Source of the DNA: Patescibacteria group bacterium | GTDB taxonomy: Bacteria; Patescibacteriota; WWE3; UBA101185; UBA10185 | Reading direction: 5' to 3' | Assembly: GCA_041658075.1 (NCBI GenBank) | Contig: JBBAAW010000003.1 | Span: 1-61,708 of the forward strand | Length of the DNA: 61,708 nt | Shown here: piece after piece, positions 27,905 to 36,848 of the stretch | Numbering within the stretch: the first letter of the stretch is position 1 | Layout of the letters: every line of letters begins with the position of its first letter | The notes under the pieces: model-generated | Databases searched by the model: none | The model's input: the letters and a program-made list of their open reading frames with translations, nothing else | Told to the model about the DNA's origin: nothing | Program-made: the position numbers and the translations under genes

Positions 27905-28065
27905 AAGTAGATTATAGCTTTAACTGCCTCAAAGCTAAAGAAGTCATCAACGCTCGGTTGATACATTGAAAACTGAATATCAGTATGAAGCCGCATCTAT
28001 CTGTCCCGCAGTCTTTTTGTCGTAATAACAATATTGCGACTAGAAGCTTGCGTAGAGCCTTAGGA

Positions 28066-28094
28066 TTGACATATGACCTATAGTAATGTATAAT
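28066..28094 (+). promoter_or_regulatory. perfect consensus promoter TTGACA-17-TATAAT
   Basis: -35 at 28066-28071 and -10 at 28089-28094. The predicted TSS coincides with ATG 28101. Confidence 0.7.
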
Positions 28095-28100
28095 ACGCCT

Positions 28101-28883
28101 ATGTTAAACCGTAAAAAGATTTCCTTAGTTATACCTTGTAAAAACGAGGAAAGAATCATTGCCAATACCATTAAAAACGTTCCATCTTATGTGGACGAGA
28201 TAGTTGTGGTTGACAACGGTTCTTCAGATAATTCTGCTTTAGTCGCCCAAGAAGCAGGGGCTATTGTGGTAAAAGAGCCTAGAAAACTAAACGGAATAGG
28301 ATATGGTTATGCTCACTTAAGCGGTATCCAAAAAGCCACCGGCGATTACATTTTTGGTATGGACGCTGATGATACCTATCCTTCCTATGAAATTAAAAAC
28401 ATCGTGGACTGCATGGAAAATGGGGGATTTGATGTAGTTTCTTGTAACAGACTTCCTTTAAGAAATCCTAAAGCTATTTCTAAACTAAGAAGGTTGGGTA
28501 TTTATGTATTAAATGTGGAAATATTTATGCTTTATGGTTACCCAATTAAGGATAGCTTAACAGGCATGTGGGGTATTAAAAGAGACTGTTTGTCTAAGCT
28601 TAACTTAAGAATGGGCGACTGGAACCTTTCTCCAGAGGTTAAAATATCCGCTATCATGAATAAAGATATAAAGTTTGATGAGTATCATATTGACCACTTT
28701 GTAAGGGAGAAGGAGCCCAGCAAGCAGGCTATATGGAAGACCGGTTGGAGCCACTTTAAATATATTGCCTCTAAAAGGTTTACAGAGGATAGCTTTTTGG
28801 GCAGTTTATTCTACAAGGTCTTTGTAAATAGGGAGTGGACGCAACCAGCTTTTACCGGCAAAAAGTTCATGTTTACTCTTTAA
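28101..28883 (+). CDS. family 2 glycosyltransferase (polyprenol-phosphate sugar transferase-like)
   Basis: ISLVIPCKNEE, VVVDNGSSDNS and MDADDTYP motifs. The track start at 28086 lies inside the -10 box. Confidence 0.8.
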   Translation: MLNRKKISLVIPCKNEERIIANTIKNVPSYVDEIVVVDNGSSDNSALVAQEAGAIVVKEPRKLNGIGYGYAHLSGIQKATGDYIFGMDADDTYPSYEIKNIVDCMENGGFDVVSCNRLPLRNPKAISKLRRLGIYVLNVEIFMLYGYPIKDSLTGMWGIKRDCLSKLNLRMGDWNLSPEVKISAIMNKDIKFDEYHIDHFVREKEPSKQAIWKTGWSHFKYIASKRFTEDSFLGSLFYKVFVNREWTQPAFTGKKFMFTL

Positions 28884-30078
28884 TTATCAAACCTTGCTTA
28901 AGCAGGGTGTACAGTTGTTCCGATATTACTTTCCAGTCAAAGCCTATTATAAGTTCTTGTCTAAAGTTGTCCGCGATTTTTTGCCGTTCCTCTTTGTGGG
29001 TTAATGCCCATGTTATAGCTTCTTCAAAAGCTTTGCTGTTTTTTTGTGGCACTAAAGTTCCGGTTTCTCCGTTTCTTAGTACTTCCCTCGTTCCGGCGTT
29101 GTCTGTGGCTATCACATAGCATCCTGCGGACCCCGCCTCTAAAACTGTGTTGGGAAATCCTTCATTGTGGTGCGAGGGGTTAATGAAAATATCGCTAATG
29201 CCTAAAAGCTCTTTTACTTGGTCGTATTTTAAGTCACCGGTTAACAGTACTTTATTCTCCAGTCCATCTTGTTGTATGAGATTTTTCATTTCTGTTTCAA
29301 GCTCTCCCGGTCCTCCCAGTACAAAGAGTGTGTTCTTTGCCTCTTGAACCTTTAGCACTTCCTTAATAGCATCGTAAAGATAGGTGATTCCTTTTGTCCA
29401 GATAAGGCGGCCTACATAAGTGACAAGCACAACATCGTCAGCGATTGGTATGTTAAGTTTTGACAGGACACGATTAGTTTTATTTGACGGTGTAAAGTAA
29501 TTTGTATCAACCCCACCGTAAACTATATACGACTCTTTTCTAAGTCGTAACTTTTCTCTAAAGAACTTTTGGACGGCTTTATTTGTAAAAGTAATGTAGT
29601 CGTAGAAACTAAGTGAAAAGGAGGCGATTGTAAGGTCCACAAACTTAGAGATATTTTCAACGATTTTGTTTTGATAGACGGGGTGGGTAGCTACATGGCC
29701 GGTAAAGATACTTTTTGCCCCAATTATCTTTGCATATATCCAAAGCCACCAAGTGGGATCAAAGAATCTTATATGGGTATTTACAAAATGATAATGGTTT
29801 CTTGAAAGCTTAACTAAAGCCGGGATAAGGTAAAGAGGATTTGGTAGGAGAAATCTAGCCGGAATAAAAGTTATGCACGGTACACGATAAATTCTAAAGC
29901 CTCGATACTCCTCATATCCTACTGTTCTGTCGCTATTGTAACAAAGTACATCCACCTTTAGATTTGGGTGATTTTTAATCATGGTGGCGTAAATTTCCTC
30001 GGCATATTTCTGGCTTCCGCCTCGGTGGGGGTAGAAAAAAGGAAGAACCAGCAAAAGTCTAATTTCGTTGTTTTTCAT
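28873..30078 (-). CDS. family 4 (GT-B) glycosyltransferase
   Basis: 401 aa with the C-terminal EGFPNTVLEAGSAGCYVIATD motif. Confidence 0.8.
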   Translation of the reverse strand: MKNNEIRLLLVLPFFYPHRGGSQKYAEEIYATMIKNHPNLKVDVLCYNSDRTVGYEEYRGFRIYRVPCITFIPARFLLPNPLYLIPALVKLSRNHYHFVNTHIRFFDPTWWLWIYAKIIGAKSIFTGHVATHPVYQNKIVENISKFVDLTIASFSLSFYDYITFTNKAVQKFFREKLRLRKESYIVYGGVDTNYFTPSNKTNRVLSKLNIPIADDVVLVTYVGRLIWTKGITYLYDAIKEVLKVQEAKNTLFVLGGPGELETEMKNLIQQDGLENKVLLTGDLKYDQVKELLGISDIFINPSHHNEGFPNTVLEAGSAGCYVIATDNAGTREVLRNGETGTLVPQKNSKAFEEAITWALTHKEERQKIADNFRQELIIGFDWKVISEQLYTLLKQGLIIKE

Positions 30079-30137
30079 AAGGCACTATATATGGTACAAA
30101 AAGCCGTCCTATAATACAAGCAAGACTATCGCAGAAG

Positions 30138-30875
30138 CTAGCCCAGCTTCGCAAGCTCGTCGTTTAGCATAAAGATTAGCTCCGTTTTTAAATGTTTTGA
30201 GATGATGTTCAGTTCTTTTTTGTCCAAAATCGTGTTTAAGTCCTCATTTATAGTTTGTTCGGAGACCTCTTTCTCCACAAACTTTACTAAGTCGCCTAAA
30301 TAATTTTTGTATGACATTTTAGTTAAGTCTTTCACTACAACTGTGTTTACCCCAAAACCCTGCTCAAAAAACTTATGGAGGTCGTAAAAATCCCGTCCAC
30401 TTACTTTTCCTTTTTTATCAAAACGCGCCTTTGCGGCCACAAGTTTATTGGCAAACATAGTTTCTACAGTATGGCCGTTGCAGAACATGTTTAATTCCAA
30501 TAAATTTACTTTCTCGTATTTATTAAATTGACTTGGAACGTCATTTATTTCCAATTTTAAAGTATTTCTTTCCGTGGGTAGCGTAACAGGGTATTTTAGA
30601 AAGAATTGCAGGTAATTTTTGCTTTGATTTTTTATTTCCAGTCCCAAATCTTTAAATATGTCATACAACCGGTTTTCAATCTTTGATTTTGCGTCTTTGT
30701 TTGGTAAGTCAAAGTCTAGGTCTACGGAAAATCTATTAAGAACACCCCTTAACGCTGCGTAAGTACCTCCTTTAAACATTAGCTCGTTTGCCAGCATATT
30801 ATTTTTAAGGATCTCGGATAAAAGTCGCAAAAGTTGGACTTTATGTTTCATATTTTGTGATGATGTGGTGAGCAT
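30138..30875 (-). CDS. AbiEii/AbiGii-family nucleotidyltransferase toxin
   Basis: FKGGTYAALRGVLNRFSVDLDFD signature. 245 aa. Abuts the upstream AbiEi-like gene. Confidence 0.7.
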   Translation of the reverse strand: MLTTSSQNMKHKVQLLRLLSEILKNNMLANELMFKGGTYAALRGVLNRFSVDLDFDLPNKDAKSKIENRLYDIFKDLGLEIKNQSKNYLQFFLKYPVTLPTERNTLKLEINDVPSQFNKYEKVNLLELNMFCNGHTVETMFANKLVAAKARFDKKGKVSGRDFYDLHKFFEQGFGVNTVVVKDLTKMSYKNYLGDLVKFVEKEVSEQTINEDLNTILDKKELNIISKHLKTELIFMLNDELAKLG

Positions 30876-31433
30876 TCAATAACCCACCTCCTTTTGCAAC
30901 TCCAGAGTCTTTTCTTGATTCACCGCCAAAGGATTGTCTAAATAGTACTTTGGTTTGTAGTATAGTAAATCCGCCAGGGCTCTTTCAGGCGTAGCTTGTG
31001 AAAATGTTTTCGTATCATCTATGTCTGTTCTATTTACAAGGTATTCGGGTTTCATCTGCTTACATTGGAGTGTTTTATTCCCAAAATTTATAGTTTGACT
31101 TTTTTGTCCTGCCAAAGTAATGGGCCTAATATTTTGAAGTATTGCCCCCGCCTTGCTAAGCACCGTTTCTAGAGTAATGTAGGACAGGGGACCGCATAAA
31201 ACGCAGGCTACCTCGTAGTCATTAAGCTTGTTAAGCGGGAGTTTTGAATATACACCTTTTTTTATTCTGTATAATTTGCCACTTGCCACATACCTTTTAA
31301 TAGTAGTCCAAAGAGTATTTTTATCTTGAATAGCCCATAACACCGCCAAGTCTCGGGTATTAAAGACATTTTTGTTCGTTTCTATTAGCGTTTGTAGTTT
31401 CTTATTCCTGTACATTATTGTACAGGATAACAT
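30876..31433 (-). CDS. AbiEi-family antitoxin
   Basis: SGKLYRIKKGVYS motif. 185 aa; an alternative start is Met7 at 31415. A palindrome covers the 5' end. Confidence 0.6.
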   Translation of the reverse strand: MLSCTIMYRNKKLQTLIETNKNVFNTRDLAVLWAIQDKNTLWTTIKRYVASGKLYRIKKGVYSKLPLNKLNDYEVACVLCGPLSYITLETVLSKAGAILQNIRPITLAGQKSQTINFGNKTLQCKQMKPEYLVNRTDIDDTKTFSQATPERALADLLYYKPKYYLDNPLAVNQEKTLELQKEVGY

Positions 31434-31488
31434 AACTCGTATTTGATGTCAAGTAAAAGGGGAATTACCCAAAGTCGAACCTATAGTA

Positions 31489-31517
31489 TTGACAAAGCCT
31501 AAAATATAGGTTACAAT
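31489..31517 (+). promoter_or_regulatory. near-consensus promoter TTGACA-17-TACAAT
   Basis: -35 at 31489-31494 and -10 at 31512-31517. Preceded by CCTATAGTA. Confidence 0.65.
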
Positions 31518-31564
31518 GAACATTGTTAAGCGTTAAATTTCCTGCCAAATAAAGGTCAATATAT

Positions 31565-32176
31565 ATGAGAAAAATTGTTAACTATAAGTTAATAGGTACT
31601 TTGTTGGTAGCTGGGGTAGCCAGTGTTTTGGGAGTAAATAAGGCTTATGCCGGATGTACTGCCAACTACGGTGGAGGAGAAACCTGTATCTACAACAAAA
31701 ACTTTGATCTTGAGAAAAAGGTAAGAAAAGAAGGGGACAACTCCTGGAAAGATAAAGTGACTAATGTTAAGGAGAACGGGGTTGTAGAATTTAAGATAAA
31801 GGTTAAAAACACCGGAGAAGTAAAAGTAAACGACATGGAAATGATCGATAAGTTGCCTAAAGAAATGGAAAGAGTTGGCGGAGATGGTTTAACTGAATAT
31901 TGGGGTGACTTTGAACCTGGAGAGACCAAAACCTTTACTATAAAGGCGGTGGTTAAAGATAGCGAGTACGATAGAAAGAACTTTGAGAAGTGTGTAGTAA
32001 ACAAGGCCGAGGTTGAGTATAAGGGTGACGAAGAGGCTTCCGATACTGCTACCGTTTGTTACAGTGACAAAAAGGTTACCGAGTTGCCTAAAACCGGTGG
32101 AAGTTCCATGTTGTATGGGGCTTTAGGATTAGGACTTGCGACCTTAGGCGTGGTATCAAAAAAGATTAGAGGGTAA
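31565..32176 (+). CDS. LPXTG-anchored surface protein
   Basis: Signal peptide. C-terminal sorting signal LPKTGG, hydrophobic stretch and KKIRG tail. DUF11-like beta domain. Confidence 0.85.
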   Translation: MRKIVNYKLIGTLLVAGVASVLGVNKAYAGCTANYGGGETCIYNKNFDLEKKVRKEGDNSWKDKVTNVKENGVVEFKIKVKNTGEVKVNDMEMIDKLPKEMERVGGDGLTEYWGDFEPGETKTFTIKAVVKDSEYDRKNFEKCVVNKAEVEYKGDEEASDTATVCYSDKKVTELPKTGGSSMLYGALGLGLATLGVVSKKIRG

Positions 32177-32180
32177 AACA

Positions 32181-32248
32181 CTTAGACCTAGGGTGGAGGG
32201 GAGTGGTTCGCCGTACAGCTTACTGGCCCCTTCCATCCTAGGTCTAAG
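32181..32248 (+). other. long imperfect hairpin (stem about 20 bp) between surface protein and sortase genes
   Basis: CTTAGACCTAGGGTGGAGGGG pairs with CCCCTTCCATCCTAGGTCTAAG. There is no T-run after it. Confidence 0.6.
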
Positions 32249-32315
32249 TCCACTCGCGTTTAGAATGTTTGGCAATATTTAAACACACTTTTTCTCTTTT
32301 GCAATATGTGAAAAT

Positions 32316-32999
32316 ATGACAAAAATATCTTTAAAATCAAGAAAAGTAATTTTGATGGTGTTAGTCCTATTTATGTTGTTCCCATTTGGTGCGATAGTTT
32401 TAAACGGGCGCGGATTTAACCTTATCGATGCAATTCCTTTTGGTTTAGGTAGGAACATGGGTGGGGGAAATAGTATCGTGAGGGACAACGATAGGGCCGA
32501 TGTTAAAAAGTCTTCAGTGTTTAAAGAAGTTATCAAGCCAGTATATTTGTCGCCCATAAAAATACAATTCAAAGAAAAAATTCTACAAGTAGAAGAAATT
32601 AATGTGGAAGAAGGTGGCTTTTTAGGTGTACCCTCAAGTTGGCAAACAGCCGGATGGTATAAAGAGGGTGCTAAGCCTGGGGAAGAGGGCAATGTGATAA
32701 TTGACGGGCACTATGATACCAATACCGGCGCACCCGGAGCCTTTTGGGAGTTGAAAGATTTACAAGTTGGTGATAAAGTGCTTCTGACAGATAAGTTAGG
32801 TAGAGTTTTTACGTACTCTGTTAACGGCAAATCGTTTATTAGTATTGCCGACCCCGAGAGGTCAAAGGTTTTTGCTAGCGGTAAAGATAAAGAATTGACG
32901 TTAATTACCTGCGGAGGCGTTTGGGATTATACTAGCGGAACTTATAACAAACGACTTGTAATTGCTGCGGTATTTGATAAGATGGAAAAAAGTTGGTAA
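32316..32999 (+). CDS. sortase
   Basis: N-terminal TM helix, IIDGHYD His motif, TLITCGG catalytic Cys, and a downstream Arg (NKRLV). Confidence 0.85.
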   Translation: MTKISLKSRKVILMVLVLFMLFPFGAIVLNGRGFNLIDAIPFGLGRNMGGGNSIVRDNDRADVKKSSVFKEVIKPVYLSPIKIQFKEKILQVEEINVEEGGFLGVPSSWQTAGWYKEGAKPGEEGNVIIDGHYDTNTGAPGAFWELKDLQVGDKVLLTDKLGRVFTYSVNGKSFISIADPERSKVFASGKDKELTLITCGGVWDYTSGTYNKRLVIAAVFDKMEKSW

Positions 33000-33130
33000 T
33001 TTTTCCTTTTTAATCGGGGAGACGGCATGGGGCAGTGGTCGTCTCTCCGGTTAAGACTCATGTTTTCATTTATGTCCACAATTTCAACAAATGTAATTTG
33101 AATACAAATATTTGAAAGGAGAATATTAAA

Positions 33131-34387
33131 ATGAATGGAAGAAGAACAAATGGTCAGGTAGCGTCCAATGTAAATTATTATCAACAGTCTCAAAATCAGT
33201 CATCCTCAACGCCATACCAAGATTATTTAGAGATGTATCAGGGCGAAATGGTTCCGGTAGAAGGTGTTTTAGAAATGTTGCCAGATTATGGTATTTTGCG
33301 ACAAGACGAGAGCGTTGTGAGCGGAGATGCTACGTCGGTGCAGTCAGGCATGCCAAGAGATGTCTACATTAGTTTGTCGCAAATAAAAAGATTCTCACTA
33401 AGAGTAGGCGACAAAGTAAAAGGTCAAGCCAGGCCTCCTAAAGAAGGCGAGAGATATCTTTCCATGCTAAAGGTGGAAAATGTTGAGGGTATGGATCCGG
33501 AAGAGGCTAAAAAAAGACCCAGTTTTACAAAGTTAACACCCATTTTTCCTTACGAATGGATGAAGTTGGAAACCGACTCTGAGACAATCGCCACCCGACT
33601 TATTGACATAATTTCGCCCATCGGTAAGGGTCAACGGGCCATGATTGTGGCACCTCCTAAAGCCGGTAAAACCTTTTTGTTAAAGGACATCGCTAACGGA
33701 ATTACAGAAAATTATCCCGATGTAATTTTAATGGTAGCTTTAATAGGGGAGCGACCCGAGGAAGTAACCGACATGAGAAGAAGTGTAAAAGGTGAGGTTT
33801 ATTCCAGTAACTTTGACGAAAAGGCGGAAGACCAAACTGCGGTGGCAGAGGTATGCTTGGAACGAGCCAAGCGTTTGGCAGAAAAGGGCAACGATGTGGT
33901 AATTTTAATGGACTCGTTGACTCGTCTTGCCCGCGCCTATAACATGGTGGTTCCGCCTTCAGGTCGTACATTATCCGGTGGGTTTGACCCTTCCGCGCTC
34001 TACCCACCCAAGCACTTTTTTGGTGCCGCCCGTAAGTTTGAAGAGGGGGGATCGCTCACTATTGTGGCCACTGCGCTTGTGGACACCGGTTCCAAAATGG
34101 ACGATGTTATTTTTGAAGAGTTTAAGGGCACAGGCAATATGGAGCTAAGGTTGGACCGCTCGCTTTCTGAAAGACGTATCTTTCCGGCTATTGATATTAA
34201 GGCCAGTTCTACTCGTCATGAAGAAAAGCTGTACGACGCCAAAACGCTGGAAGCGGTTTACAGGCTTAGAAGGATGGTAGATCTTTTGGACGACAGACAA
34301 GCCACTGAACTTGTAATTCAACGACTTAAAAAGTCCAAAAACAACAAGGAATTCTTGGAAACTTTGCACCAAGCACAAAGCGCTTGA
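33131..34387 (+). CDS. rho: transcription termination factor Rho
   Basis: Walker [16 protein letters not shown], Rho RNA-binding and ATPase layout, and the [16 protein letters not shown] motif. Confidence 0.9.
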   Translation: MNGRRTNGQVASNVNYYQQSQNQSSSTPYQDYLEMYQGEMVPVEGVLEMLPDYGILRQDESVVSGDATSVQSGMPRDVYISLSQIKRFSLRVGDKVKGQARPPKEGERYLSMLKVENVEGMDPEEAKKRPSFTKLTPIFPYEWMKLETDSETIATRLIDIISPIGKGQRAMIVAPPKAGKTFLLKDIANGITENYPDVILMVALIGERPEEVTDMRRSVKGEVYSSNFDEKAEDQTAVAEVCLERAKRLAEKGNDVVILMDSLTRLARAYNMVVPPSGRTLSGGFDPSALYPPKHFFGAARKFEEGGSLTIVATALVDTGSKMDDVIFEEFKGTGNMELRLDRSLSERRIFPAIDIKASSTRHEEKLYDAKTLEAVYRLRRMVDLLDDRQATELVIQRLKKSKNNKEFLETLHQAQSA

Positions 34388-34429
34388 GTTTGATAGAATA
34401 GGTCAACGGGCTTACTACGCCCGCATAAT

Positions 34430-35629
34430 ATGCTATTCACTATTGGTCGTCCCATGTCAAAAAGGTTCATTGAAGTGCGCTTTGATACTGTTATTCCTTA
34501 TGGGCGCAACAAGTTAATGTACTTTGCTAAGTCCCTTAGTCAATTTTTTGGGTGGGTAGCGGTGTATTTTGTTATAAAGATCAAAAAAACTTTTCTTCTG
34601 CTGGGTCGACTTCTTTACTTGTCAATAAAAGGTATTCGCGACTTAAAGTCCTTCTTTGTAGCCAAGCTTATTTGGTCGCGTGGTCGACTAGGAAGACCTG
34701 TGGCCAATTTTATTGTTATGACCCTAGCCTTGGGGATTTTCTTTTTTGGGGAAATTTTGAGCGGTTCAAAGCTGGTGGTTAGCAAAGAGTTGGATGATGA
34801 TTATTTAAAAACTTCTACCGATATTATTCCGGAAAGAAACACCGCTTTGACCACCTTACCGGAAAACCGCCAACGAACCGAATATCTTGCCTATAAGGTA
34901 GAGTCGGGCGACTCGCTTTACAGTATTGGAAATAAGTTTAAGGTTTCCACTGACGCCTTAAAATATGTAAACATATTATACGACGGGTCGGTTTTGCAGG
35001 TAGGTCAGGACATTGTTATTCCGCCTATCTCTGGTTTAATTCATAAGGTGGAAGCAGGGGATACCTTAGCTTTGATTGCTAGAAAGTATTCCGTGCCTTC
35101 CCAAGCCATTGCAGATTTTAACTATCTTTTGGAACCAAACAAACTGGCTTTAGGAACAGAACTAGTGATTCCGGATGCCAAAATTCCTTTGCCAGTGGTA
35201 ACGAATCTTCCCATAATTCCGTCGATCATAACTGGAGGGGTAACCGATGGCAATGCCAAAAAAGGTTGGTGTATGTGGCCAACCAGTACTAGTGTAATTA
35301 CCCAAAACTTTTCTTGGTATCATAATGGTTTGGATATTGGTTCTTCCTGGGGTTCGGCTATGCCTTCCATTTACGCCTGTGCGGGCGGGGTAGTGGTAAG
35401 AGCGGGTTGGGATCCTTGGGGGCTCGGTCTTCATATCAGAGTCGACCATGGAAACGGATACGAAACAGTTTATGGGCATATGAGCAGGCTGGATGTAAGT
35501 TATGGCGATAAAATCAAAAAAGGCGAGGTTATGGGTTTTATGGGTAGTACCGGGCGTTCCACAGGTCCACACGTCCATTTTATGATAAAATATCAAGGTT
35601 CACCACAAAACCCGCTCAAATATATATGA
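34430..35629 (+). CDS. LysM-domain M23 peptidase
   Basis: TM anchor and two LysM repeats (YKVESGDSLYSIG..., HKVEAGDTLALIA...). M23 motifs HNGLDIG and GSTGRSTGPHVHF. Confidence 0.85.
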   Translation: MLFTIGRPMSKRFIEVRFDTVIPYGRNKLMYFAKSLSQFFGWVAVYFVIKIKKTFLLLGRLLYLSIKGIRDLKSFFVAKLIWSRGRLGRPVANFIVMTLALGIFFFGEILSGSKLVVSKELDDDYLKTSTDIIPERNTALTTLPENRQRTEYLAYKVESGDSLYSIGNKFKVSTDALKYVNILYDGSVLQVGQDIVIPPISGLIHKVEAGDTLALIARKYSVPSQAIADFNYLLEPNKLALGTELVIPDAKIPLPVVTNLPIIPSIITGGVTDGNAKKGWCMWPTSTSVITQNFSWYHNGLDIGSSWGSAMPSIYACAGGVVVRAGWDPWGLGLHIRVDHGNGYETVYGHMSRLDVSYGDKIKKGEVMGFMGSTGRSTGPHVHFMIKYQGSPQNPLKYI

Positions 35630-36846
35630 TCGACATGGTAAAAATCACAATTAAAGCAGGCGATGGGGGAGACGGGGCGGTTTCTTTTCACCGCGAAAAA
35701 TTTGTTACGCGTGGCGGTCCTGACGGTGGCGATGGTGGAAAAGGTGGCTCAGTTTACTTTGTGGCCAACAATAACACCTCTACCTTGGACGACTTTAGAT
35801 CAAAAAAAGTTTTTGGCGCGCAAAATGGGGAAGCGGGGAAAAAGCTTAAGATGTATGGCAAAAACGGCGAGGACGCTTTTATTAAGGTTCCTGTGGGCAC
35901 GCTGATTTTTGAAGTTGATCCGTCGTGGCAGATTCCACAGCACTCTCGTCGCGGGACCCCCCGGATTTCACCGCCCACTCCTCGAGTCGCTGTGGAACCC
36001 GCTTCACACCTGGTTGCCGATCTCAATCAACTAGGTGCAGAGTTTTTAATAGCTAAAGGAGGGCGCGGGGGAAAGGGTAATTACAAATTTAAGTCGTCCA
36101 CTAACCAAACACCCACACAGTATATTCCCGGTGAGGATGGTGAGCAAAAAGAGGTAGTTTTAGAGCTTAAACTGATTGCGGACGTTGGACTTATTGGCCT
36201 TCCCAGCGCGGGTAAAAGCACTCTAATTAACGCTCTAACGCATATAAACGCCAAGGTGGCCGAGTATCACTTTACTACTTTAACGCCAAATTTAGGGGTC
36301 TGGGAGATCGACAGAGGGAAAAAGGTGGTGGTGGCGGACATTCCGGGTTTAATTGAAGGTGCGTCAAGTGGTAAAGGTTTGGGCGATGAGTTTTTGCGAC
36401 ACATAGAACGCACTAAAGTTCTAGTTCATCTGGTTGACCCAACCGTCATAACGAGTGAGTCCGTCATGGTGACGATTGACAGCGCCAAAGTGTATCAAAG
36501 TTACCAAGTCATACTAAAGGAACTGCAGCAGTACAAAGTAGGCCTATGGGATATTACCAAAAAGCCCCAAGTAGTGGTAATTAATAAAGTCGACATAACG
36601 GAAGTTAAAGAAAGTTTGGGAGAAATTATCGATTATTTTAACAATCGGGGCGTGGATGTTTTGCCTATTTCTGCGGCTACGGGGGAGGGTCTGGACGACT
36701 TGAGAAAAAAGGTTTTGGAATTGTTGTCACACAGCGTAGAGCCACAAATTGAAATTGAGCCAGTGGTTAAAAAGTACAACATATACAATTTACCGGGATT
36801 AAATAGGCGGCCCGTTTTGACTAAAGAGGTAAAAGGTTTGACGTAA
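35626..36846 (+). CDS. obg: GTPase Obg (with internal insertion)
   Basis: Gly-rich Obg fold GDGGDGAVSFHREKF..GGPDGGDGGKGG. G1 motif GLPSAGKST and G3 motif DIPGLIEGA. Confidence 0.9.
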   Translation: MIDMVKITIKAGDGGDGAVSFHREKFVTRGGPDGGDGGKGGSVYFVANNNTSTLDDFRSKKVFGAQNGEAGKKLKMYGKNGEDAFIKVPVGTLIFEVDPSWQIPQHSRRGTPRISPPTPRVAVEPASHLVADLNQLGAEFLIAKGGRGGKGNYKFKSSTNQTPTQYIPGEDGEQKEVVLELKLIADVGLIGLPSAGKSTLINALTHINAKVAEYHFTTLTPNLGVWEIDRGKKVVVADIPGLIEGASSGKGLGDEFLRHIERTKVLVHLVDPTVITSESVMVTIDSAKVYQSYQVILKELQQYKVGLWDITKKPQVVVINKVDITEVKESLGEIIDYFNNRGVDVLPISAATGEGLDDLRKKVLELLSHSVEPQIEIEPVVKKYNIYNLPGLNRRPVLTKEVKGLT

Positions 36847-36848
36847 GC

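Noticed and set aside
14711-31433. Prophage or integrative element spanning the accessory island
   Set aside because: No integrase, recombinase, transposase, capsid, terminase or tRNA-adjacent att-like duplication was found. The only boundary-like repeats are the short ones reported above.
33011-33055. Hairpin after the sortase gene as a terminator
   Set aside because: The stem is short and bulged (GGAGACG/CGTCTCTCC) and has no T-run. It is too weak to annotate.
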